DNA of 64,000 nt, taken from the IMG/VR virus record IMGVR_UViG_3300046513_000348, positions 154,661 to 218,660 of that record; one strand, 5' to 3'. A program made the translations under genes and the position numbers. Under the pieces are notes generated by a model. That model was not told the origin of the DNA. It saw nothing but the letters and a program-made list of their open reading frames with translations, and ran no database searches. Position 1 is the stretch's first letter. The number at the start of each line of letters is the position of its first letter. Below, piece by piece: positions 11,287 through 20,225 of this stretch.

Positions 11287-12366
11287 ATGAAACTCACCAA
11301 ACTTTCAGCAGCACTCAACAACCTGGTAGGCTGGGCCCGCGCTGGCTTCAATGCCCACAATACTCGCATTGTTGCGATGGAACAAAATAAACCGAACATC
11401 ATCTTCGGTAACTTTGCGGCCGATACGACGGAACAAAACAGCCTGATGAATTCGGCGCCGACGCAACAGGACATTTTCAACACCTGGTACCGCTTCAGCC
11501 ATTCTTCCGGTATGCTCTTCCCTGCCGACGTGAATGAGGTCAATTCGTGGGCCTATGATTCGGGCACCAACTCAATTACCAATACTACCAATAGCGGAAG
11601 TTTCATCGGTGTGGTGTCGAAAGAAGTCTACGACAGTTATAACCTTACGATGAAATTGTCTTCTGTCGATGTGGACGACGATGTTATCGGTGTTCTGTTG
11701 GCCTGGTACAAGGATCCTTCGACAGGGCGAGAATACACAATCACGGCATTGCGCTCGCCTGGTGGTTTCCAGCCGCTTTACGCCGTGGTCTACAACTACA
11801 ATCAGGGAGCCCCGGGCGGTCAGAAAACTCTGTTCGATGGCAACTCCAAAGTCACTTGGGGTAACGGTGCTTCTGGTGCTTTGGATATCACTGCGGCAGG
11901 TTACCAAGGCAATACACCAGGCTGGGGCGGACTTGCAGCCCAGTACGGCACGGACGGCAGTGTTCGAATCCGTGTCGAACGTACCGGTGACATCATCAAA
12001 GTCAAGACCTCACAGTTCGCAACGCCCGGTGTGTTGGATGAGAATACCCTGGCCACGATCGACCTTTCGAAAGACCCTGATCTGGAAAAGTTCCGTGGAC
12101 CTTCTTCCTACGGAATGGTTGCGATCTCGCAGATGAATAGCAAGTGGTCCGTGGTCGACTTCTCGAACGCAAAAGACGGTATTTACAACCTGACAACTGG
12201 CGAGGTTTGGACGAATGTTAATGGCAGCTGGTCCGTCAGCAGCGATTACAGCCTCGCCAAGCTCGGCAACAATGTCATCATGATCAACCCGACTACCGGG
12301 AAGTTGTTCATGATGTACACGCCAAGCAAGATCGTGCAGTACAATGGTACCCTTCTTCCCAAGTAA
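11287..12366 (+). CDS. Putative virion or tail-fiber-associated lectin-like protein
   Basis: Beta-rich and G/S/T/N-rich; WYRFSH and DDDVIGVLLAW motifs recall jumbo phage fiber proteins. Confidence 0.6.
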   Translation: MKLTKLSAALNNLVGWARAGFNAHNTRIVAMEQNKPNIIFGNFAADTTEQNSLMNSAPTQQDIFNTWYRFSHSSGMLFPADVNEVNSWAYDSGTNSITNTTNSGSFIGVVSKEVYDSYNLTMKLSSVDVDDDVIGVLLAWYKDPSTGREYTITALRSPGGFQPLYAVVYNYNQGAPGGQKTLFDGNSKVTWGNGASGALDITAAGYQGNTPGWGGLAAQYGTDGSVRIRVERTGDIIKVKTSQFATPGVLDENTLATIDLSKDPDLEKFRGPSSYGMVAISQMNSKWSVVDFSNAKDGIYNLTTGEVWTNVNGSWSVSSDYSLAKLGNNVIMINPTTGKLFMMYTPSKIVQYNGTLLPK

Positions 12367-12377
12367 ATAGCATAAAG

Positions 12378-12413
12378 CATATACCACCTGGCCGTGAGGC
12401 CAGGTGGTATATG
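12378..12413. terminator. Bidirectional terminator
   Basis: CATATACCACCTGGCC-GTGA-GGCCAGGTGGTATATG between convergent genes. Confidence 0.9.
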
Positions 12414-12426
12414 TCGGTATCGATTA

Positions 12427-13566
12427 TTAGTCGAGGGTCAGGTCCCACTTGCGGCCTTTGTCGTCACGTTGGACGGCATTGACCATGTACGAAGTACCAG
12501 GAGCTTCTTGCGGCGATGCTTGGGTCGAACCCAAGTTCACGCGCTTGTTCATGTACGACAGCGGGTTTTCGTAAATGAGTGGGAAACTCACGTCGGTTTC
12601 CACGCCTAGGAAAGAAGCGATGTCCGTACCACCGAAGTACGCGAAGTTCTTCAGTGCTTGCGGTGGAGCACCAGGCAGCTCGAAACCATCGGTGAACGAA
12701 ACGTTGACCCAGTGTTCTTCCGAATACATGGTGTCGTTGATCAACTGCACGATGACGTGACGGTTGTTCTTGAACGCTTCGCGGCCACGATCGGTCGCCA
12801 GCAGGTCACGGATGACATACTTGCCGTACGGTACGTGGATCTCGATTTCGTCCTGTGCGATACGCTGGACGGCATCGCCGATCGGTTGGAAGATGTTCAG
12901 GTTGCAGATCGCGAAGGTCGTTGCGAACGACGGCATGAACTGGCCGCGCTCCATGCACAGCAGTGCGATGAAGTACAGGAACATGTGATCGAAGATGTCG
13001 TAGCGTTCCTTGTCGGTCAGCGGGTAGATATCCGGACGAGCCTGGTACAGAGCCCAGCGGTGTGCGCTGATGAAAGCCTGCTCGAAGACCTTGCCGACAA
13101 TGCTGATGCGATCGATCGAGTTCATGTCGGCTTTGAACTCTTCCAGTGCCGACATCGGATCGTCGAACGACTGGCGAACGATTTCCGAATAGGTCAGGGC
13201 GTGGATCGACTCATTGTCCGAAATGCGCTGGTAGCCCGTGAAGATTTCACTGGACGACACGATGCACGACGTGATGCCGGCGATGGTGGATGCGGCAGTG
13301 CTGTCGGTTTGCCACTGATAGGCCAGGGCCTGACGCATGCTTACCGCATAAGGACGCAGCTCGGGATCGGCAAATTCGACCTTGCACTGTTCAAATACGA
13401 ATTCGAATTCCGTCCAATCCTGTCCGCGCAGCTTGCGGTACAGGCCGGTTTGGTCTGGGTATTGCTGAGTAATGGAATCGACCAGACCACGAGCCTGGCC
13501 AAGAATGATCGGAGTTTTTTCATAGTCCGTCTTACCGGAGTTGAAGATTACGGGATTGATGGTCAT
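12427..13566 (-). CDS. nrdB: Class I ribonucleotide reductase beta subunit
   Basis: Ferritin-like metal ligands: TDS, NESIHALTY (with the radical Tyr), MERGQF, DEIEIH; C-terminal PQE...SY. Confidence 0.93.
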   Translation of the reverse strand: MTINPVIFNSGKTDYEKTPIILGQARGLVDSITQQYPDQTGLYRKLRGQDWTEFEFVFEQCKVEFADPELRPYAVSMRQALAYQWQTDSTAASTIAGITSCIVSSSEIFTGYQRISDNESIHALTYSEIVRQSFDDPMSALEEFKADMNSIDRISIVGKVFEQAFISAHRWALYQARPDIYPLTDKERYDIFDHMFLYFIALLCMERGQFMPSFATTFAICNLNIFQPIGDAVQRIAQDEIEIHVPYGKYVIRDLLATDRGREAFKNNRHVIVQLINDTMYSEEHWVNVSFTDGFELPGAPPQALKNFAYFGGTDIASFLGVETDVSFPLIYENPLSYMNKRVNLGSTQASPQEAPGTSYMVNAVQRDDKGRKWDLTLD

Positions 13567-13628
13567 TTCATTTCAATCGAGAAGGGGTTAAACGGGAGAC
13601 TACAGAATAGTCCCCCGCCCATTTCTTT

Positions 13629-16600
13629 TTACGACGAGCAGCCTTCGCAGACTTCGCGTTCGTTTTCGTCTTCGAAGACGATGCCCAGGGCAGCCATTTC
13701 GTCAACGAGTTCAGCCTGACCATCGTGAACGACATTGGCTTCCGAAGGCACGAGGTCTTCCGGAGAAGGCAGAACGCTCAGGACCATGCCAGCTTCATCA
13801 GCCAGTGCAGCCCAGTCATGACCAGAGGCCACGATCTGTTCTTGCAGACCGGCGATGCCTTCGGCGAAGTCCACGATGGAACCTGCGAAGAATTCCTTGG
13901 CCAGCGCATCTTCATACGCTTTCCGGAACGCATCGCTGAACACCTGCCAGGCGTAGTCGTGTGCCGATTTCGAGATCTTCATCGCATCGTCCGTTTCCGG
14001 CATCAGGATGTTGACGTAGTAGCGGGTTTTGACGCCTTTCTTCACACGGTCGATCTCGGCGTCCAGCAGATCCGACGAACGAATCACCACGCGATTGGTG
14101 AAGTCCATGTACCAGTCGGCCGAAACCGTCTGATCGCAGAACTTCTGAGCCAGCGCGTACACACTGTTCTGATCCAGCAGGCTGAGCTGCCACATCGACT
14201 GATACTCGTAGGCCGGATCGTCACCATACGGAGCTGCCCAACGCAGAACGTTGTTGGCATCCGTCTTGATCATGATCGGCTTGCGGATGCCGTAGATGCT
14301 GTTCGTTGCACCCAGAGCCTTCGAAGACGATTCGCCCGGCATGAAGTTGATCAGGCAGCTGTGTGCGAGACCGCCATTGGCGATGATGCGCTGACGCTGT
14401 TCTTCATGGTCGTACTGGTAGACGAAGTCCGCCAGCTTGTCGACTTCCTTGCGGTAGGTCTGGAGTGGAGTCCAGCCTTCAGGCCACTTGGTACGGTTGA
14501 TCCACGGCGCCAGGCCGCGTTCCTTCGAGATCTCGAGAGAAGCCTCGATCGCGTAGTACAGGTGGCGCTCGAACACACGGTGCAGTTCTTCCAGGCCGGC
14601 TTTCTCGTTGAACTTCAGACGCTTACGCGCCATGTGGGTTGCCAGACCCATCATGCCAACGCCGGCGTTCATGCGAGCCTTGGCGGTTACACCCATGTGA
14701 GCCAGGATGTAATCGTTTTCCATGATGCAGTAGTCGATCATCTTGTACGCGTAGTACATGACGTCGCGATACTCGTCTTCGCTGATTTCGTCGGTGACGT
14801 TGATCGAGGCGAGCGAGCACAGCGCAACTTCCGGTTCCTTCTTGACGCTGATGACGTTCGACACCGTGAGGGTACCATCGGTCTCGGTCCAGAACTTGTT
14901 GCCGACCTTGACGGTTTGAGCAACCCATTTCTGACCAGCGATCGGCTTGAGGACATCGGATGCCTTGAGGCCGAAACGGATCACCTTACCGTTCGTATCG
15001 GTTGCTTCGAAGATGGCGTGGCCAACTTCTTCGCTCGACTGCAGATCTTTCATTGCGTCGCGGCCTTCGTACGGCATGGTCGGTTCCGACACTTCCAGGC
15101 ACTGGCCGGTAACGATGCCGTTGAACATCGCTTTGTGACGTTTCGGTTCGTTGAAGCAGTAGGTCGAGTTCTCGACGCCCAGGTCTTCGATGTCCAGGAT
15201 ACGAGCATTGATCGGCGTGGTCGGATCATTGATCTCGAAGAAGTCGGCGAGGAACATGCCTTTCTTCAGTTCGTGGGTACGAACTTCCTTCTCGATACCA
15301 CCTGGGCCGATGATGTACCACTTGTGGTACAACGTGCAGTCCAGATAACCCTTGCCGTGGTTGACGTAGACGCGAACCAGCTTCTCGCAGTCCGAGGTCT
15401 TACGCACGGTAACGCCCGACCATTCGAAACCGTTCCAGATTTCGACGTAGCGGTCTTGATAGACCGAGATAGCTTCGGCACCTTTACGGGTGTGGATAAG
15501 CGTTCCTGGAGCCACACACAGGTTCGAGCTGTGGATCGCATCGATGAACGGCGTATTGCGGTTCATCTCGTCGATCGAGGCGGCATAGATCGTGCCGGTC
15601 GACAGACCTTGGGTCAGTGCGAACAGCAGCAGTTCGCGAGCATCGAAGTAGACCTTCTCGAAGTTCTCGTCTGCTTCCAGGCGGGTGTAGATTTCGGCGA
15701 ACTTGTGGATGTCACCGCTATAGAACGCTTCGTGCAGTTCAGGAGCAGTGTAGCAGTTCCATGCGAACACCATCTCTTCGTTCGCTGCTTTCATGGTCAG
15801 GAAACGATTCGACATGAATGCATAGTGCGCATCACGGTTGCGTTTGGTCTCGACGGCGCGGGTATCGCGCAGGCCGAAAATCATGCGTGCTTCCGGATCG
15901 TACAGGTTGGCGTAGAAGGTACCGGCGCCACCACGACCACCTTGCAGGTTGGCACGGATGTTCTTGCCGAACACGTCGATGTATGGTTTCTTGCCGCGGT
16001 GCAGGAAGCGGCCCTTCTGGACGGCGTCACCGATCGAACGGCACATGATGTTCAGACCGATACCAGCGGACTGGGTAGTCATCATGTACGTGATGTGGTC
16101 AGCAGCTGCCAGCGAGAAGCGATCATCGCCGGCGGCGATCAGGCAGCACGATGCAAAGCCGCGGTGATAGGTACCCAGGTTGTTGTAGTTCGGAGTCGGC
16201 GCCGACAGACGCTTCTTCGCGAAGTGGTTGTACATGCGAGCAACGTGCTCGAGACGGCTGCGCTTGCCCGGTTCGCTTTCCCAGGTCGGAGTCTGCGGGG
16301 ATTCCGGGTGCGTTTCGAAGATGGTCATCGCCATGCGCATGTAGACGAACTGCATCGTTTCGAATTCGAGCTTTTCGGCGAAGTCCTGGAGCGAGTACTT
16401 CAGGCGAACCTGCTCGAGTGCGAAGTGCGGAACGACCAGATCCTGGTCATGATCGATGATGTCTTCGAGTGCAGCCCACTCGTATTCGCTGTAGTTCAGC
16501 GGACGCATCAGTTTCTTTTCGGCCAGACGACGCTGTACTTCACGGATCGTCGGGATCTGCTTGCTGCCGAAGATTTCGATGCGGATGAGGACTGCCATCA

Positions 16601-16835
16601 GCTTACCGGCCAGCAGATAGTGAGTCCAGGTCTCGCGCTTCAGGAACTTGTCGATGAGGCTCGACATGAGTTCTTGAACAGTGCATTCGGATGGCAGCTC
16701 AGCGATGGTCTCCTGAGCGATTTCGGACCAGTCCTTGATCTTGATCTTGCCCACGGTGTCCTGCACCCAATGGTTCAGTTTCTTGGCGTCGAATGGTTCG
16801 CGCTCGCCATTAAGTTGAATAACGGTTTCGATCAT
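13629..16835 (-). CDS. nrdA: Class I ribonucleotide reductase alpha subunit, intein-containing
   Basis: SAPTP, ASCC, SNL[intein]CLE, ALCSL, MPGESSS, KTRYY and C-terminal CEGC motifs; ATP-cone-like N-terminus. Confidence 0.96.
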   Translation of the reverse strand: MIETVIQLNGEREPFDAKKLNHWVQDTVGKIKIKDWSEIAQETIAELPSECTVQELMSSLIDKFLKRETWTHYLLAGKLMAVLIRIEIFGSKQIPTIREVQRRLAEKKLMRPLNYSEYEWAALEDIIDHDQDLVVPHFALEQVRLKYSLQDFAEKLEFETMQFVYMRMAMTIFETHPESPQTPTWESEPGKRSRLEHVARMYNHFAKKRLSAPTPNYNNLGTYHRGFASCCLIAAGDDRFSLAAADHITYMMTTQSAGIGLNIMCRSIGDAVQKGRFLHRGKKPYIDVFGKNIRANLQGGRGGAGTFYANLYDPEARMIFGLRDTRAVETKRNRDAHYAFMSNRFLTMKAANEEMVFAWNCYTAPELHEAFYSGDIHKFAEIYTRLEADENFEKVYFDARELLLFALTQGLSTGTIYAASIDEMNRNTPFIDAIHSSNLCVAPGTLIHTRKGAEAISVYQDRYVEIWNGFEWSGVTVRKTSDCEKLVRVYVNHGKGYLDCTLYHKWYIIGPGGIEKEVRTHELKKGMFLADFFEINDPTTPINARILDIEDLGVENSTYCFNEPKRHKAMFNGIVTGQCLEVSEPTMPYEGRDAMKDLQSSEEVGHAIFEATDTNGKVIRFGLKASDVLKPIAGQKWVAQTVKVGNKFWTETDGTLTVSNVISVKKEPEVALCSLASINVTDEISEDEYRDVMYYAYKMIDYCIMENDYILAHMGVTAKARMNAGVGMMGLATHMARKRLKFNEKAGLEELHRVFERHLYYAIEASLEISKERGLAPWINRTKWPEGWTPLQTYRKEVDKLADFVYQYDHEEQRQRIIANGGLAHSCLINFMPGESSSKALGATNSIYGIRKPIMIKTDANNVLRWAAPYGDDPAYEYQSMWQLSLLDQNSVYALAQKFCDQTVSADWYMDFTNRVVIRSSDLLDAEIDRVKKGVKTRYYVNILMPETDDAMKISKSAHDYAWQVFSDAFRKAYEDALAKEFFAGSIVDFAEGIAGLQEQIVASGHDWAALADEAGMVLSVLPSPEDLVPSEANVVHDGQAELVDEMAALGIVFEDENEREVCEGCSS
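15102..15518 (-). mobile_element. 139-aa mini-intein at the RNR active-site cysteine, ending in Gln
   Basis: Starts CVAPGT, has block B CTLYHKW and block F YCF.EPKRH, ends FNGIVTGQ/C; no endonuclease domain. Confidence 0.92.
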
Positions 16836-16852
16836 TTTAAAGTTTCCGGTGG

Positions 16853-17101
16853 TTAAGCAGGTACGGCGACACGGGCCTGCAGGATCTTGTTGAAGTTGGT
16901 GGGCGTGAAACCCATCATCCAGTTTCCGTTGTCGTTAATCACGGGGAGTTGGCGCATCCCTTGTGCATGGATGTCGGCCACGGCTTCCGGCGTTTCGTGG
17001 AGATTGATCTCCTTGAATTCAACACCTTTGATCTTCAGCGCGCGCTTCAGATTGACGCAGTTTGGGCAGGTGTTGTTGCTATAAACGACGAGGGCTTCCA
17101 T
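16853..17101 (-). CDS. nrdH: NrdH-like glutaredoxin
   Basis: VYS..TCPNC, RQLPVI and WMMGF motifs; adjacent to nrdA. Confidence 0.88.
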   Translation of the reverse strand: MEALVVYSNNTCPNCVNLKRALKIKGVEFKEINLHETPEAVADIHAQGMRQLPVINDNGNWMMGFTPTNFNKILQARVAVPA

Positions 17102-17283
17102 TTTTGAGTACTCCGTGATTAAACGCCAGTTGATCAGGCAAATTGGTAAAATTTAACAGATTCGAAATTCGGGAACATAAGGTGCAGCTCTCCAGACGAC
17201 TCGAAGTTCGTCTGGAGTACGCATTTTAGAAATGGGTTTTCTCTCTCTGTCCAGAGTATAGATGAGCCGACAAAAATAAATAG

Positions 17284-17307
17284 TCAGAGTGGCTTTCGCC
17301 ACTCTGA
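17284..17307 (-). terminator. Intrinsic terminator
   Basis: TCAGAGTGGC-TTTC-GCCACTCTGA hairpin with a T-rich tail. Confidence 0.8.
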
Positions 17308-17354
17308 TACTATTGTTTTTGCTCTCTGGAAATGTTTTCCCCCTAAGGGATTTT

Positions 17355-17987
17355 TCAGCAATACCGCTTGTAGTAGTAACCTGGCTTGGTGTACGGAGTC
17401 AAAATCGACATCTCGATCACCAATTCGGTTCCTTCTTTATCTTCAGGATCATCCAGCCTCAGGTCACGGAGGGACTCCATGATGCCCTGCACGGTGCGGC
17501 CCACGAAATAAAGCGGCAAACAACCACTCTTCTTAGTCTGTACGCCGATCTGGAAGAAGTTGCGAGGACATTTCGGATCGCTCGAATCGAAGTGGGTACC
17601 ATGCATCTTGTAAAACAGCTGTTTCAGGATGTCGATTGCCTTGTACAGATTCGGATCTGCAATGTGCACAGGAAGATGCACCGTCTTGCAGTAGAGAATC
17701 GCTCCGTGTTCCAGAGCATGACTGCGAATCTTGGGGCCAGCGACATCGATATCTTCGACGAGTTCCGACATGACCGCGAAGGCAATCTTCACAGCGTCGA
17801 GGTCTTCCTTACGGAAACTCTTGCCCCAGTGATCGAACTGGTACTTCAGGATTGCTTTGGTGAAATAGCTTTGGAACATTCGGGCGAGGAAGGACCGATA
17901 GAAGCTCTTGAAACATCCCCAGATTGCCCAGAGAAGGAAACACAGCAGGGTGACTTCGATCATGTCATGTACTTTAGCGGCAAACAT
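17355..17987 (-). CDS. Hypothetical protein with an N-terminal hydrophobic segment
   Basis: ORF between two terminators; start codon uncertain. Confidence 0.65.
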   Translation of the reverse strand: MFAAKVHDMIEVTLLCFLLWAIWGCFKSFYRSFLARMFQSYFTKAILKYQFDHWGKSFRKEDLDAVKIAFAVMSELVEDIDVAGPKIRSHALEHGAILYCKTVHLPVHIADPNLYKAIDILKQLFYKMHGTHFDSSDPKCPRNFFQIGVQTKKSGCLPLYFVGRTVQGIMESLRDLRLDDPEDKEGTELVIEMSILTPYTKPGYYYKRYC

Positions 17988-18028
17988 TGCAATCTTTCTT
18001 ATCGTTAAGCAAAAAAAATAAAGAGACA

Positions 18029-18055
18029 GAGATGATGGGTTTCCCCATCATCTCT
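18029..18055 (-). terminator. Intrinsic terminator
   Basis: AGAGATGATGGG-TTTC-CCCATCATCTCT hairpin plus T-tract. Confidence 0.85.
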
Positions 18056-18071
18056 ACTCACGTAACGGTCG

Positions 18072-20219
18072 TTACTTGATCACACGCAGCAGCACGGCCT
18101 TCTCGTTCAGGAAGGAACGCGATGCTTCGATCACGCGCAGGTCCGAGGTCTGGATGAAGAAGCGGCCGTAGTCATCGGCGCCTTTCGTCAGCAGTTCTTG
18201 GGCCAGGTCGTGGAAGAACGGATTGGCTTCCGGCAGGATCTGCGATGCAACGTCCGGGACCATGTCGATGTCGAGATTGAACCCGACTTCGTTGATGTAC
18301 ATGATCTTGGTCGGCATTGCCACCACGAACGGCTTGATGCCAGTCGGGCTTTCCGGCAGCTGGGTCATCACGTAGATCTCGGCTTCCGTATCGGTGTTCA
18401 TCAGGTTGCGGAGTTCGCGTTCCTGATGGGTGCTGATCGCATCGCGATAAGCTTCACCGTACTGCGAAGTGATCAGGGCGAAGAGTTCCAGCCAGTCTTC
18501 GGTGAACGAACCGACGCGCAGTGCCGGGATCGACAGGTTCTGACGCAGCATGCGGTTGACCGAAGTCGTCAGGTAACGATCCAGTTGCAGGAAGAGTTCC
18601 TTGCGGATCTTCTTCGAGTACAGACGCAGCTTCTCAGCCATCTTGGTGAAGGTCGAGATGCTACGCAGCTCTTCCAGCAGGCCGGCTTCTTCGTCCGTCG
18701 TGATGAACGGTTCGATGATGCTCGACTTGCCGACTGCGATTTCAACGGGATGGTACTTTTCGCCGTTGGGTTGCTGGCGCTCGATGCCGAAGCGACGGAT
18801 ATTCATGCGGAGCATGACTTCCTTCAAGCCGTATGCCAGGTACTGGTGTTCGCTGAAGTCCACACGGTTGTGGTAAGTCACCGACTGATCCGAACCTTCG
18901 ACATTGAAGTCTTCGGACGGATTGATCAGTGCCGTGTGCAGGTCGTTCAGGCGCTTGCCGACACCGCCGTCTTCGAAACGGCTGAAGTCACGCGGCGAGT
19001 TGCCGAACGCCATCGATGCGTGGTCGTAGTAGTTCACGATACTGCCCTTGTTGACAACACGCGGGACGACGGTACCGGCGGTCAGGTCCATCTCGTAGAA
19101 CAGATCCTGCGTGTGGTTGAAGACGAACGGATGCGGGTGTTTGGCGCTCGGGACCCATGCATCCAGATTTTCGAACGCTTGCAGCGTCGGGTTGTTGGTG
19201 TCCGCCAACTGGCTGCGAACATCGATATCGTTGTTTTCCATGCGATTTCCTTGGTTGGAACCTGCTGCATTTTCACGCTCGAGAGCGTCGGTGATGTCGG
19301 AGTCACGGCTCGAACCCGGCAGACGCTGGATACGAGCGGGACGTGCTGGAGCTTCTTCGTCACGACGACGAGTCTGGGTGCTCGGCAGCGAATCGGCGTA
19401 GCGGTCGTTCATGCGGCTGCCACGATCGCTGGCACCGTCACGACGATCTTCGTCACGGTCTTCACGTTCATTGCGGTTGCTGCTGCCAGAATGATCTTCG
19501 AAGCGGTCGGACTGGTCCGTATTACCGAAACGATTCTCACGGGTTTGCACGGAACGCTGAGGCGAACCATGAACACCGCCACGCACTGCACCGCGCTCCC
19601 AGCGATCACGACGGCTGTTGCCGCCACGACCACCACGATCGCCGCGATCGCTGCCGACATTGGCGCGGCCACCGCGATCACGATCGTCGTAACGTTCATC
19701 ACGGTCGCGGTCACGACCACCACGGCCACCGGAAGGCAGGCGATTGCCATTGCGACGATATGCATCCACCGCTGCACGATACTTCTCGAACAGACGCACT
19801 GCACGCTCGATGTCGCGGTCTTGGCTACGGCCGACGAAATCCATCAGATCCGGATAATCTTCGGTCATGTAAGCGATGTGCAGTGTGATGACGTCTTCGA
19901 CGACAGGGATGACTGCGTCACGAACGTCGCGGAACTTGCCTTCGGTCACGCCGATGTCCACGATGTCAGCGATCATGCCGATCAGGTCTTCGAAGTCGCG
20001 ATTCTTGTAGTCGCGATCCGACATCAGGTTGTAGTAGAAAGTACGCAGCTCGTTGTCACGAGCGCGCTCCTGGATGGTATCGATTGCGTTGTAAACGATA
20101 TCGTCCATGCGATCGTCAATCTCACGGATCGCGTGACTGAAGCTCACGGGCAGTCGATCGTTACGGAGATTGACGTCATGACCTTCGAGCCGGTCTGCGC
20201 TAAAGGGGAGTCGTGCCAT
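18072..20219 (-). CDS. Jumbo-phage hypothetical protein with an R/D/G-rich disordered linker
   Basis: 715 aa, immediately downstream of the RNAP subunit gene; central RGG/RD-rich region. Confidence 0.8.
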   Translation of the reverse strand: MARLPFSADRLEGHDVNLRNDRLPVSFSHAIREIDDRMDDIVYNAIDTIQERARDNELRTFYYNLMSDRDYKNRDFEDLIGMIADIVDIGVTEGKFRDVRDAVIPVVEDVITLHIAYMTEDYPDLMDFVGRSQDRDIERAVRLFEKYRAAVDAYRRNGNRLPSGGRGGRDRDRDERYDDRDRGGRANVGSDRGDRGGRGGNSRRDRWERGAVRGGVHGSPQRSVQTRENRFGNTDQSDRFEDHSGSSNRNEREDRDEDRRDGASDRGSRMNDRYADSLPSTQTRRRDEEAPARPARIQRLPGSSRDSDITDALERENAAGSNQGNRMENNDIDVRSQLADTNNPTLQAFENLDAWVPSAKHPHPFVFNHTQDLFYEMDLTAGTVVPRVVNKGSIVNYYDHASMAFGNSPRDFSRFEDGGVGKRLNDLHTALINPSEDFNVEGSDQSVTYHNRVDFSEHQYLAYGLKEVMLRMNIRRFGIERQQPNGEKYHPVEIAVGKSSIIEPFITTDEEAGLLEELRSISTFTKMAEKLRLYSKKIRKELFLQLDRYLTTSVNRMLRQNLSIPALRVGSFTEDWLELFALITSQYGEAYRDAISTHQERELRNLMNTDTEAEIYVMTQLPESPTGIKPFVVAMPTKIMYINEVGFNLDIDMVPDVASQILPEANPFFHDLAQELLTKGADDYGRFFIQTSDLRVIEASRSFLNEKAVLLRVIK

Positions 20220-20225
20220 TTTGTA

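Noticed and set aside
13725-16856. Very long plus-strand ORFs antisense to real genes (also 8168-10690, 18198-20327, 23402-25573, 50422-53484 and others)
   Set aside because: Shadow ORFs caused by strong codon bias on the coding strand; no recognisable motifs or ribosome-binding sites.
17102-17200. NrdR box upstream of the RNR operon
   Set aside because: No convincing match to acaCwAtATaTwGtgt.
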